From Octopus vulgaris (Eukaryota), in the NCBI GenBank assembly GCA_951406725.2, contig OX597814.1, positions 193,688,001 through 193,752,000 of the forward strand: a DNA stretch of 64,000 nucleotides, given 5' to 3'. Within the stretch, counting starts at the first letter, position 1. Each line of letters starts with the position of its first letter. Below are positions 14,257 to 27,330 of this stretch, piece by piece. The notes under the pieces were generated by a model, which saw only the letters and a list, made by a program, of their open reading frames with translations, searched no databases and was not told the origin of the DNA. The translations under genes and the position numbers were made by a program.

Positions 14257-14312
<56 letters not shown>

Positions 14313-14944
14313 CATATATATATATATATATTTCGCTTTTGTATTTGGTCCGTGAGCTATAGGCGGCTAGCAAAGTTACTGTGTTGAATCTTTGGGTTAA
14401 ATCCCTTTAAGATGGTGTTCCAGCATGGAAGCAACTAAAAAAATATCCTTCTACACATTTTAAATTACTAAACTAGAATAATTAGTTTCTGCTCATTTAC
14501 GGGTTCTTATTGAATCATCATTTTTGTAGCTTAAAAATCTCGCTGATAAATTTTTTTAAGGTGTTAAGGAAAAATGACCCTGAAAGGGAATGATGGTGTG
14601 AGAAGGAATTTCAACCGTGGTCTGCTACCACAACAGCTCCTTCATAGGATCCAGTTAGCTCAAGACATCATCAGGAGGAACCACGTCCGGTTTCGGACCC
14701 TACTCCTCCAACGTTTTGACGTGGCGGCCCCCCGTCTTTCGGAGACGTCTTCAGCTCTGGTGCTTGGTGCATGTCTTCTTTCTTCTTCTTTCTTCTGTTC
14801 CCTGACATCTTCGATGTAGCGTCAGCGAGTGTCAGCGGGCGACTGACTGTCTTGTCAAATTGTTTTCCTTTAAAGGAAGATGAAATTGTTAGAAAGACAA
14901 GATTTCCATATTGCTTCAAGACATCCATTTTCCATCCGATCATG

Positions 14945-15163
14945 CCTATTTCTTTACTACCCACAGAGGGGACAAACAAGGACAGACAAACGGATTAAGT
15001 AGATTATATCGACCCCAGTGCGTAACTGGTACTTATTTAATCGACCCCGAAAGGATGAAAGGCAAAGTCGACCTCGGCGGAATTTGAACTCAGAACGTAG
15101 CGGCAGGCAAAATACTACTAAGCATTTCGCCCAGCGTGCTAATGTTTCTGCCAGCTCGTCGCC
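14945..15163 (-). mobile_element. tRNA-derived SINE (family B)
   Basis: Minus head ggcgacgagctggcagaaac, B-box gagttcaaattcc, body gcctttcatcctttcggggtcga, tail gtagtaaagaaata. Confidence 0.9.
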
Positions 15164-15660
15164 TTTCCATCCGATCATACCGCTCATTCCTCTCCTCCAT
15201 CAATCCACCCAACCATCCATCTATCCATCCTTCCATCCACTCGTCCAAACAACCAGCCAGCCTGCCAGCCAGCCAGCCAGCCAACCAGCCCATCCGTCCA
15301 TCTTGTACAGAAAGTTGTTTCTCGACAGAATGGCGACACTGTCTCTTAGAACAGGATCCTTTCTAAACATAACATGTCAGTGCATGTCAGTGCATGCCGG
15401 TGCATGCCGGTGCACGCCGGTGCACACGTTGCAAAATTGGCCATTCAGTATATTTAGTTCATTTCCTTTCATCTCGATGATGTGTATTTCGAAAAGGTAT
15501 AGTATATTTCTATTTGTATCTTCATGTATATGTGTGTGTTTGTGTATGTAGGTGTGTGTTTGTGTGCGTGCGTGTGTGCACGTGTGCGAGTGTGTCTAAG
15601 TTTTACGTTTACACACACACACATACATACAAATATATATATATATATATGTATATATTT

Positions 15661-15749
<89 letters not shown>

Positions 15750-15866
15750 AATAAGAAAATGGAGAAACAATTTAGTTGGTTTATCAGCTTTAGGATATTA
15801 GAATGTTGACTTATTTATTCATTTAGCAAAACGAGAACCATAATAACATATATATATACATTATCT

Positions 15867-15927
<61 letters not shown>

Positions 15928-15956
15928 TGTGTGTGTATGTATATATATACATATAT

Positions 15957-16010
<54 letters not shown>

Positions 16011-16154
16011 TTATTTACTGATGTATCAGTTTTCCTGTATGGGTTTGAAAAGTGTGCGTGTGAGACTGCTTTCCAATTGATGGTAAACGGAGTATTTTTC
16101 TTTTCTTTTTAATTGCCATACATGTTGGGATATTGATGTATATGTATATAGAAG

Positions 16155-16495
16155 CACTCCGTCGGTTACGACGATGAGGGTTCTGGTTGATCCGAATCAA
16201 CGGAACAGCCTGCTCGTGAAATTAACGTGTAAGTGGCTGAGCACTCCACAGACACGTGTACCCTTAACGTAGTTCTCGGGGATATTCAGCGTGACACAGA
16301 GAGTGACAAGGCCGTCCCTTGACAACCGATGCTGGTGTGTTTACGTCCCCGTTACTTAGCGGTTCAGCAAAAGAGACCGATAGAATAAGTACTAGGCTTA
16401 CAAAGAATAAGTCCTGGGGTCGATTTGCTCGACTAAAGGCGGTGCTCTAGCATGGCCACAGTCAAATGACTGAAACAAGTAAAAGACAGAAAGAG
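16155..16495. mobile_element. fusion of SINE D 3' part (-) and SINE A 3' part (+)
   Basis: 16155-16320 matches 552-715; 16320-16495 matches the SINE A tail; joined at 'ccttgac'. Confidence 0.75.
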
Positions 16496-16617
16496 AAATT
16501 ATTCTTCTCAGGAGACTACTTGTGTAGCGTATTCCCTTTTTATCTTTCCGAGTTCGAATGGACACAAACATGTTAAATTTGATTCCACCAGGAAACTAGC
16601 CCGATGCCCTATATATA

Positions 16618-16704
16618 CAGTAATCCCTCGACTATAGCGCGTGTTATGCTGCAAAACCCCACGCGATAGGTGAAAATCTGTTAAGTAGAAACATTACTTT
16701 ACTG
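16618..16704 (+). mobile_element. Tigger/pogo-like DNA transposon 5' end
   Basis: TA|cagtaatccctcgactatagcgcg...cgcgataggtgaaaatc resembles pogo-type TIR ends; no partner TIR seen. Confidence 0.5.
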
Positions 16705-16708
16705 TATA

Positions 16709-17091
16709 TCTCTCTCTATATAAACGGCAGTTTGTCTGTCTGCGTGTCTGTGTGTCTGTTAGGTTGTACCCTCACCCTGACCACGGCTTTCAACCGATTC
16801 TGATGAAACTTGACACACACATAGCCCAATGTCATAATTCAAAACTAACGCAGCGAAAATTTTGAAAAGTTCCCCCAGTTCTGAAAAAAATCGATAAATT
16901 CGACATGGAGTCGAGAATCAGAAACACAAACCACAGACTGTCTAGGGGACGCAACTCGACCTTTTTAACTCTCAAAAAAATTTACCATCATTTTTTTCCC
17001 ATTTTTTTGCTATTTTTTTGCTATAACTCTCTAAAAATGCTTTATAGTTATTTCCCTTACAAACCCGAGCAACGCCGGGCGATACTGCTAG
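16709..17091 (+). mobile_element. non-autonomous Helitron
   Basis: 5' A|TC start, 3' GC hairpin cccgagcaacgccggg followed by CTAG|T, no TSD. Confidence 0.85.
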
Positions 17092-17441
17092 TATATATAT
17101 ATATTCATAATTTCTGGAGCACCGCCTTTAGTCGAGCAAGTCGACCCCAGGACTTATTCTTTGTAAGCCTAGTTTTGTAAGCAGATCGGTTGCCAAGCGA
17201 TGGTGGGGATACAAACACAGACACAAAGACACACTGTGTTATTTGTCCTGTACTCTATTTTTTTTGCTGTTTAAGAAAAATGTCCAGTTCCTTGGTTTTG
17301 TGTTTATGTTTTCGTTTCTCATTGTGTTCGACGTGTTTTGGTGTCCTGTATATGCGTGTATATATACATGTAGAGGTAGGTACATACATATATGTATGTA
17401 TATATGCATATGTTTTATTTATTAATATATATATATATATA

Positions 17442-17518
<77 letters not shown>

Positions 17519-18201
17519 GTATGTATGTATGTATACATGCATGTATGTATGTATGTATGCATTATGCATATATGTATGTATGTATGCATATATGTATGTA
17601 TGTGTGTGTATACATATATGTAAGTTTGTATGAATAAGATTACATATATAAGCATGTGTGTGTCTATGGCTATGTATGCGTGCTTATATGTATATGTATG
17701 GTCATGGATATGTGAGTACGTTTGTGTTTATCTTTACAAGTGTGCTTGTGCATTCAGGGTTATGCGTGTGTATGTGTACAAAGGCTATGTGTATGTGAGA
17801 GCGCGTGTGTGCGTGCGTGTACGCTTGTGTGTGTTTGTGTGTGTGTGTGTGTGTGCGTGCGTATGTGTGGTTGTATGTATATTAATGGTTATGTGTGAGG
17901 AACATAAATATGTGTCAATGTATATGTGCACGTATGTATATGTATATATACATACAATGCATGAGTGCATTTATGGGTGTATGTGTGTGTTCATGCGTCT
18001 GTGTGTGTGTGTGTGTGTGCGTGCGCGCGCGTATGTGTGCTTATATGCGTATTAATGGTTATGTGTGAGGAGCCTGCGTGTGTCCCTGCAGTTAAGAACA
18101 TAAGTATGTGTCAGTGTATATGTGCATGCATGTATTATGTATATGTATATATACATACAATGTATGAGTGCATCTCTGGGTGTATGTGTGTGTGTTCGTG
18201 C

Positions 18202-18259
<58 letters not shown>

Positions 18260-18589
18260 ACGTGTCTGTCGGAGTGCTTGGTTTGGAGGGCCTTACTGCC
18301 GATATGTTTATTTTACCATGTGTTCTGTTGATGTGAAATGGGTGTAAAGAAGGAGTAATATAAGATGTCTAATGTGAGTACCAGATACTCTTTTCCTTAA
18401 CTCATTTATGTCAGCACTACACTGGCAGACAACACATCCTAGACAAAACCTTCATTATATTAAACCCTCAAGTCTTAGTCTCAGTATTTGCACGGACTAA
18501 ACGCACACATACTATATATAGGCATGTATAGAGCGATATAGAAACAGATTTATATGTGTGTGTTTGTGTGTATGTATGTATATATGTAT

Positions 18590-18804
18590 TTCACTACTGC
18601 CCACAAGGGGCTAAACACAGAGGGGACAAACGGATTATGTCGATTACATCGACCCCAGGACGTAACTGGTACTTAATTTATCGACCCCGAAAGGATGGAA
18701 GGCAAAGTCGACCTCGGCGGAATTTGAACTCAGAACGTAACAGCAGACGAAATACGGCTACGCATTTCGCCCGGCGTGCTAACGAGTCTGCCAGCTCGCC
18801 GCCT
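18590..18804 (-). mobile_element. SINE family B
   Basis: Match to the family B consensus. Confidence 0.9.
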
Positions 18805-19258
18805 TGTATGTATATATGTATGTATAAATGTATGTATGTATGCAGTTATGCTGTATGTACATATAAATATGCATGCATATATTTATATATGTGCACACGT
18901 CATATATATAAATATGTGTGTGTATGTATGTATAAATGCATGTATGTATGTATGCATGTATGCATGTATGTACATATAAATGTGCATGCATATATCTATA
19001 TATATGCACACGTCACATATACATATATATATATATATGTGTGTGTGTGCTTACGTCATATATATAGATAAATATATATTTTGAAACAGTTTAATGTGTA
19101 TGTATGTATATATGTATGTATAAATGTATATATGTAAGCATGCATGCTATATGTACATATATCTATATATGTGCACTCCCTTCTTTCCTGAGCGTCCAAT
19201 AATACTTTATTTGTTCCACATCCTTGCGTTGTTGTTTTTTGTTTTCTTGTTTGGATTA

Positions 19259-19295
<37 letters not shown>

Positions 19296-19424
19296 AATAA
19301 TGAAGTGAAATTAATTAATTTGGAATAATTATCAATTACACAAGTAGTCTTCGGCATGTAAAAGCCTCATTCGAGGAAAATTTAAGTAATACTAAGCAAT
19401 AAAGGGTTTGGCAACGAATTGCCT

Positions 19425-19481
<57 letters not shown>

Positions 19482-19546
19482 TTACGTCATATTTATAGAT
19501 AAATATATATTTTAAAATAGTTTAATGCGGTTTCGTGCAACTTCGA

Positions 19547-19577
<31 letters not shown>

Positions 19578-19742
19578 GCTAAAAAGATAGTCTTCGACTT
19601 ATTCTATACAAAAGGGTGTTTCAACCCAATATTTACATGGTATTATTTATGGTTTTATGTGCCCCGGGATTCTTTGTTCCTATATATATATTTTTTTATT
19701 CTCTCTCTCTTTTCTTCCCCCTCTGTTTATTTTCTAGTGTTC

Positions 19743-19778
19743 CTTCCTGTTGAAGAGCGTAGGCTCGAAACGTAAAAG
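19743..19778 (+). ncRNA. minimal hammerhead ribozyme, A6U variant (H2), in a PLE 3' fragment at ~19700-19877
   Basis: cttc-CTGTTGA-a-gagc(gtag)gctc-GAAACGTA-aaag. Confidence 0.6.
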
Positions 19779-19891
19779 ACTTCTCACCTTCCGGAGTGTT
19801 AAACTAATACACCTATTGGTTTTTTTACACACCTGTCTTCATCCTTTGTTGTTGTTTTTTTTTTGTAAATTCCAACTATATATATATACTT

Positions 19892-20320
19892 AGGCGCTGG
19901 AGTAGCTGTGTGGTAAGTAGCTTTCTTACCAACCACATGGTTCCGGGTTCAGTCCTACTGCGTGACACCTTGTGCATATTGTCTTCTACTATAGCCGCGG
20001 GCCGACCAAAGCCTGTGAGTGGATTGGTAGACAGAAACTGAAAGAAACCCGTCGTATATGTGTGTGTATGTGTGTGCCTGTGTCTGTGTATCTATGTATG
20101 TATATATATATATGTATGTATACATATGTATGTATATATATGTATGTATGTATGCATATATGTATACGTTTGTGTGTCTGTATTTGTCCCTCTATCATCG
20201 CTTGACAACCGATAGGATAAGTACTAGGCTTACAAAAACTAATTCCTAGGGTCGATTTGTTCGACTAAAGGCGGTGCTCCAGCATGGCTACAGTCATATG
20301 ACTGAAACAAGTAAAAGAAT
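19892..20320 (+). mobile_element. SINE family A
   Basis: Head, internal microsatellite and tail present. Confidence 0.9.
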
Positions 20321-21343
20321 ATATAGGTAATGTGGAAGGCATCGTTTGGCTGGATGTACGATGTTGCAGTTCCTGGGATTATGCTCGACTACAAATGGAA
20401 TATTATATTTGCATTTTTATTTTCACCCTTAGCACGAGTGTTTCTCCGCAAGGTATATATTGGGATTTCTTTTGTTTTGGTTATGACATGATTCATTAAC
20501 CTTTGCAGGTATTTCTATTTTTGAAGAAATATATTCAGTTCTGCAAGTCGTTTCTTTTGTGTCTGTAACTATTGCGCATATTGAATGGTATGTTCCATTT
20601 TTATGCGAAGGGCAGCAAAATCTAAAATCTAAATACTGGTGTGTGTTTGTGTTCTTGTAATAGAAATCAGTTGTAAATGTCTAATTTTCTTTAATCATTA
20701 GAATATTCAGAAAAGGGACTTCCTTTTCATTCGTTTCCATAGTGAATTGGATTGATTCATGAATGCATTTTATTAATTTAAGGAACCATACTTTTATTCC
20801 AAAATATAAAACTGTCATCCAAGAGTTTTTTCCAGTTCCCAATTAAATAGGTTTGGAAATGATGATTAAGTAATTCTGGATAGGGTATAGATTTTTCTTC
20901 TATGATTGGTGTCGCAAACGGTGCGACTTTCGTCCCCATTACTGTGCCTTGTATTTGTAAATTATACTGGTTGTCAAAGAAGTAGTTATTTTCCAGTATA
21001 AACCGTAATCCTTCGAATATAGATTCTTTGGAGAATCTCTCCTGAATTCTTTGTGGGTATTTGTTCATCCAAATTTCTACTGCTTCTAATTCTGATCCAT
21101 GGGGGACATTTGTGTAGAACCTGGTTACATCAAAACTAACAAGGATTGTCTCTTTATCTAGCCTTTCTGGAATGTGGTTTAGAAAGTCCATGTCATCTTT
21201 GAAGAAACTAGGAACCAATTTGAATAAAGGTTTCAAAATTACGTGAAGCACGCTGCTAAATCGTTGGGAGCTACATGTTGGTCCTGGAACGATTAGCGTA
21301 ATTTTAAATCAGATCGTTTGGGAATCTTTACATATTTTTACAT

Positions 21344-21516
21344 AGGCGTAGGAGTGGCTGTGTGGTAAGTAGCTTGCTAACGAACCACATGATTCCAGGT
21401 TCAGTCCAACTGCATGACACCTTGGGCAAGTGTCTTCTACTATAGCCTCGGGCAGGACCAAAGCTTTGTGAGTGGATTTCGTAATCGGAAACTGAAAGAA
21501 GCCCGTCGTATATATG

Positions 21517-21568
<52 letters not shown>

Positions 21569-21572
21569 TGTG

Positions 21573-21619
<47 letters not shown>

Positions 21620-21804
21620 TTGTCCCCCAACATCGCTTGACAACCGATGCTGGTGTATTTACGTCCCCGTAACTTAGCGGTTCGGCAAAAGAGACCGATA
21701 GAATAAAGTACTAGGCTTACAAAGAATAAGTCCTGGGTCGATTTGCTCGACTAAAGGCAGTGCTCCAGCATGGCTACAGTCAAATGACTGAAACAAGTAA
21801 AAGA

Positions 21805-21805
<1 letters not shown>
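21344..21805 (+). mobile_element. SINE family A nested in the PLE
   Basis: Full head-to-tail match. Confidence 0.92.
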
Positions 21806-21866
<61 letters not shown>

Positions 21867-22493
21867 AGTATGGAAACCCTTTAATAATCTATTGATTTCT
21901 TTAGATTTATGGCTTTTTGAAAGTCCATAAAAGTTACTTGTTTTTACCTCAAAATCTAACACTTTTTTATTAAATCATTTTTTAATTTGTTCGTTAATTT
22001 ACCAATTTTATTTATTCGTATATCTGTACGGGTTTCTAATATTTTTTTTTTTGTAGAAATGTTGGTCACTTAGTTGTTCTAAGACCATTTCCTTGTAACG
22101 GGTTTTGTCCATTATGACAATGGCTCCTCCTTTGTCGGCGTTTTTAAATGGCTACAGAGGATTCTTTCTGTAGAGATTCCAATGCTTTTTGTTCTTCATT
22201 TCTAATGTTTGATTCGATATGTTTTTGTTTTTTTTAATATATCTTTTCTCCTTTATTTGTTTCGGTTATTAGACTGCGGCTATGCTGGGGCACCGCCTTG
22301 AAGAATTTATAGTCTAATGAATCGACACCAGTATTTATTTTATTTTTCCTAAGCCTGGTGCTTATTCTATCAACATCATTTGCCGAACCGCTAGGTTATG
22401 GGGATGTAAACACACACCAGCACCGGTTGTCAAGCGGTGGTGTGGGACAAACATAGACACAAACACACACATATATATGTATATATATATAAT

Positions 22494-22919
22494 ATATTAA
22501 ATTAGAGATAAAACCACTATTAGGCAAATCATACAATGAAAAACTTAAGCCAATACATAAGATTATTTAATTTATATTATTTAAATATATAACAAAATTA
22601 TTTAAAAAATTATTGATTAAACCTCGCCAAGTTAAATATTTAAACCACCTGATGAATGACTGTAACTCGAAAATTTAAAAAAATTAACAGCCATGAAACG
22701 ATCGTAGTGTTATATTAATTATATTTTTTTAATAATTTTGTTATATATTTAAATAATATAAATTAAATAATCTTATGTATTCGTTTAAGTTTTTCATTGT
22801 ATGATTTGCCTAATAGTGGTTTTATCTCTAATTTAATATAATATAATTTTTTACTATAAAATTGGATTCAATCCTAAATCTGATTTTTCCCTGTAAGTTT
22901 GGATTTATTCCCTAATATT

Positions 22920-22923
<4 letters not shown>
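22494..22923 (+). mobile_element. AT-rich HHR element (H3) with inverted duplication
   Basis: Arms ~22494-22610 and ~22725-22840 are inverted; ~85-bp tail to 22923; homologues at 35293-35770, 37090-37155, 45240-45470. Confidence 0.75.
22643..22711 (+). ncRNA. type-I hammerhead ribozyme with long stem II
   Basis: cac-CTGATGA-atgactgt...acagccat-GAAACGATCGTA-gtg; palindromic stem III ACGATCGT. Confidence 0.75.
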
Positions 22924-22958
<35 letters not shown>

Positions 22959-24202
22959 GCGACGTGCTTCTTTCAGTTTCCGTCTACCAAATCCACTTAC
23001 GAGGCTTCAGTTTGACACGAGGCTATAGTAGAAGACACTTGACTAAAGTGTCAATGCAGAGGGACTCAACCCGGAACTACGCGGTAAGGAAGCAAGCTTC
23101 TTACTACACACCCACACCAGCGCCCGTACGTTTTAGACACACTATGTATTCCTCTAAGTGCTTTTATCCTGTTTTTAAGAGGTTTAAGTCCTCTTTCGCT
23201 TTTCGCAAAAGGTGAATCTTCGTCGTACTTGTTTTAGAAGAATTCTCGCTGACGAAGCTTTCTACGAAATTTCTCAGTGTGTCATATAAGATCCGTCAGC
23301 TGAAGTGAATTTGAGTCCACATTCCAGAAGTTTTCCACAAAGTTTCGTCCAATATTATCTTGACGCATTGTATCATTGGTGTTTTCTCTCGTTTTTGTTT
23401 GGAACTCTTGTTCCCTTAAAAATTGAGTCATTGGTACCTTGTCTCTCAGTTATAGTATATGTACACACACACACACACTCACACACACACACATGCACAC
23501 ACAAGTACGCACATACACTGGCACACACGCACACACATATATGTATGCAATTTTATCGCTTTATTTTTCATGAGCAATTTATTTGCTTGATATATTTTAT
23601 CATATTAAATATGTTTCCTGCTTCATAGATATTTATCTAAGCTTGTCCTTTTCCTAGTACATTGCTTACGAGACCTACCGTTGCACTAGTCTTTTGATAA
23701 GCTTGTTTTCGATGTGACATTATGTTCTTGATGTGATGTTGATTAAGAAAGAAAGTACCTGGTAGTCTATGTGTGCTTATTGTCTGAATGTCCTTCTAAG
23801 AATAAGTTCTTTGTGGCAATAAATTATCACTGTTTACTTCTATGTTGTTACTTTTAGTGATAAGCAGATGGATTCCCAGGCAGCATTTATATTTTTAACG
23901 TTGGTCACACTGCCAAACTGAATGATATTCCCCGGGTATCGAAACCACAGTGATATCTATTTGGGTAGCTGATGATGGGAATATTCTTATTCTATGCTCG
24001 ATTGGGAATTTTTTATATCTTAGTCTCGTTATTTTGAGCTTTCCTTCAGTTTGGTAAAGTGGAAATTTTAATTCATCTTCTAGAAACTTCTACACACCCA
24101 TGTACACAGCTTCACCCCCATAAACACACTACATACCTAGCGCGCGCACACACATATATATATATATATATACATGTATAAAAACTCTTCACACACACGC
24201 AT

Positions 24203-24257
<55 letters not shown>

Positions 24258-24293
24258 CACATACATACATACATACATACATACATACATACA

Positions 24294-24326
<33 letters not shown>

Positions 24327-24636
24327 TGCTTTATCTGCTTCGAGATCCATCGTTCCAAAAATAAGAATTATTTCATGCTCTCTCGAACTTTACAAATTCT
24401 CATTACGCAGACAACATCCAATTCTCACAGATAAGAATATAGTTTCTAAAATGGAGAGAGAAATTCAGACGGTCCAAAGGTGGAATGCCAACCATGTCTC
24501 CACAAGTTGTCTCAAGGGCAGCCTTCAACTATTTCTAACCACAAGGTTTTTTTAAACCCAATGTTTACACACCGTAATTTATAGCTTTACATGCTTGAAG
24601 TTAAACACCCCTATGTCGTCCTCGGCGGAAGAGTCC

Positions 24637-24676
<40 letters not shown>

Positions 24677-24681
<5 letters not shown>

Positions 24682-24935
24682 GAATTTTTTGTGTAATGAG
24701 ATTAAAAAAAAAACCAAGGCTGTATAGATACTAGAGAATTTATAGATAGAAGGTCTTACAACTGTTTCTAGGATATTAATTAATCAATAATATCCCTTGA
24801 TCAGAGACGGTGTGAGAGGAAAAATTATCCTAGAAATATCCTAGAAACAGCTGTAAGACCTTCTATCTATAAATGTTCTAATATCTATACACCCTTGGTT
24901 TTTTTATCTCATTACACAAAAAAATTCATATATAC
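24677..24935 (-). mobile_element. HHR element (H4) with inverted duplication; HHR at 24753-24808 (-), G8C in this copy
   Basis: gtct-CTGATCA-agggatatta...taatatcct-a-GAAACAGTTGTA-agac; the inverted arm 24837-24935 keeps GAAACAGCTGTA. Confidence 0.7.
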
Positions 24936-25080
24936 ACACGCTGACATAGAACCAGCGATGAACCCTTTATTCGCAATATTACCGAATCTGGAACTTAACT
25001 ATGGTCTGTCTATAGCACTTATTCAACATTACCTGACACCTTTGGATCTCAATGACACCATTATCTCTTATAAACTCAAC

Positions 25081-25156
<76 letters not shown>

Positions 25157-26556
25157 TATATAAACTGACAAGCAGTATATTACTAGTTATGGCATACACC
25201 TGGTTAGAAAGCTACTAACGGTTTTGCAAATGGCTGTTTATTTATATACATTGTATTCATTCATGTATGATTTTGTGCGTAGGTTTTACTATCATTGGTA
25301 TAACGATAGGGAGCCTTGTAGGATATGTATATCTATTTATAAATACACTCATGCATTCATACACACATACATATGCACACATATAGGTATATATCTACAT
25401 ATTTAAACCTGTGCGGCTATGTAGTTCTTTGGATCACCTACTATCAGCAACCATCACTAATTTTCTTTTTTCATTTTTATCAGGCGGAAGAGTTTTTTCT
25501 AAGAAGCAGCAGTAATCAAATTGCGTCATTATTAGGTTAACCTGTCTAATAAACAAATTTAAAGAGCCTGTGACGCCATTTTGTGGAAAACACACCATAA
25601 AACTCTGTCTTTCTACAATAAACATTTCTAACATGATATTCACAACCCATTCCATAAACACAAACATTCATGCAATAAAACTAGAGTGAGAAACTGATAT
25701 AGTAAGTCACCGGTCGACAATGGTACGTAAAGTATATAAAAGGAGTTTTGGAAACTGAGATTTCTGTTCCTTTATCGCTTGTCTAGTACTTATAAACTTG
25801 AATCGAGTTGTGTTAAGCCTCCTTTTAGAACCTGAAACCATGAACTGGAGTCGCCAGTTAATTTTATATATAATTTAATCATCAATTAATCCTGATGCCA
25901 AATATTATTTGCCAGTTAATTCTAAGTCGAATGTGATATAAATGAAATCATTCTAAGAGGTGATAGGCTAAACCTTCGTCGTTTTCCCTAATTTATTTTC
26001 TACACTTATGCCCATTTGCGGTTTCCTCGTTCATTAATTATACTGGCCTGAAATCAGTGCGTGTAACCCTCGCCAAATCCAAGCCGCCATGTTGTGCGCC
26101 ATATATATGAAAATACATGAATGCAATAATTGCTCTAGATTTTGAACGCTTTAAATTTTTCTGTAATCAATTGTTATAATTAACATTTTAATGGAGATGA
26201 TGAATGACAGACGGGAAGAACTAGTAGAATGCCTTGAAATATTTAAATACGTATTTCGACTTTCTGAGTTCAAATCCAGCAGAATTTAGCTTTGCATTTC
26301 ATGTCGGGCTCTGAAAAGTAAATCACACATTATACTGTGACATACAAGACATCTATCGAATCCATTGTCCTTGGCTCCCTTAAACTTGTAGAGGTCTTGT
26401 CTCAAAGTAAGAAACAATACTAAGTGGTATTTCGATGGTCATGAAATGTACTTCTATTTCTCACTCAAAACCTAATACGTACTGTAGGGTCCCTCCGAAT
26501 ATAAAATATATATATAAAAAAAAATACCAAAGTATTATTATAACCTATTATTTAAA

Positions 26557-27330
26557 CGGTGAGCTGGCAGAATCGATAGCACGTCGGGCGAAATGCTTTG
26601 TGGTATTTCGTCTGCCGTTGCGTTCTGAGTTCAAATTCCGCCGAGGTCGACTTTGCCTTTCATCCTTTCGGGGTCGATAAATTAAGTACCAGTTACGCAC
26701 TGGGGTCGATGTAATCGACTTAATACCTATGTCTGTCCTTGTTTGTCCCCTCTGTGTTTAGCCTCTTGTGGGTAATAAAGAAATAGGTATTTCGTCTGCC
26801 GCTACGTTCTGAGTTCAAATTCCGCCGAGGTCAACTTTGCCTTTCATCCTTTCGGGGTCGATTAAATAAGTACCAGTTACGCACTGGGGTCGATGTAATC
26901 GACTTAATCCGTTTGTCTATACTTGTTTGTCCCCTCTGTGTTTTGCCCCTTGTGGGTAGTAAAGAAATAGGTATTTCGTCTACCGACGGCGGCGATCTGG
27001 CAGAAACGTTACCACGCCGGGCGAAATGCTTAGCAGTATTTCGTCTGCCGCTACGTTCTGAGCTCAAATTCCACCGAGGTCGACTTTGTCTTTCATCCTT
27101 TCGGGGTCGATAAACTAAGTACCAGTTACGCACTGGGGTCGATATAATCGACTTCATCCGTCTCTCTGTCCTTGTTTGTCTCCTCCTTGTGGGTATTTCG
27201 TCTGCCTCTACGTTCTGAGTTCAGATTCCACCGAGGTCGACTTTGCCTTTCATCCTTTCGAGGTCGATTAAATAAGTAACCGTTACGCATTGGGGTCGAT
27301 TCGATATAATTGACTTAATCCCCTTCCCCC
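26557..27330 (+). mobile_element. SINE family B tandem multimer
   Basis: Two heads (26557, 26988) plus re-entries at 'ggtatttcgtct' (26786, 26970, 27192). Confidence 0.9.

Larger units (their letters stand above)
9845..14263. mobile_element. Penelope-like element with ~2-kb inverted pseudo-LTR (palindrome)
   Basis: Arms ~9845-11870 and 12199-14226 are near-identical reverse complements; the 328-bp spacer encodes a GIY-YIG C-terminus; HHR near each outer end; ~40-bp extra tail on the right arm; (TA)n flanks. Confidence 0.85.
22250..23125 (-). mobile_element. SINE family A nested in the PLE, split by an HHR element
   Basis: Tail at 22250-22470 and head at 22960-23125. Confidence 0.85.
20350..23450 (-). 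pseudogene. decayed Penelope-like retroelement (RT region) interrupted by nested insertions
   Basis: Minus-strand motifs in PLE order: GLKFT..FRRKLRQREFF (~23300), NADKGGAIVIMDK (~22130), NFYGLSKSHK (~21930), SFDVTRFYTNVP/QIQGTVMGTKVAP/LLDD (20778-21251), VPFLNI..TDFYYK..THQYLDF, IPFVVEHNPRN. Confidence 0.9.

Noticed and set aside
9845-14263. Palindrome as a pure long-read fold-back artefact
   Set aside because: The PLE-coding spacer, asymmetric tail, arm differences and similar smaller structures nearby favour a real element, though read-level confirmation is still needed.
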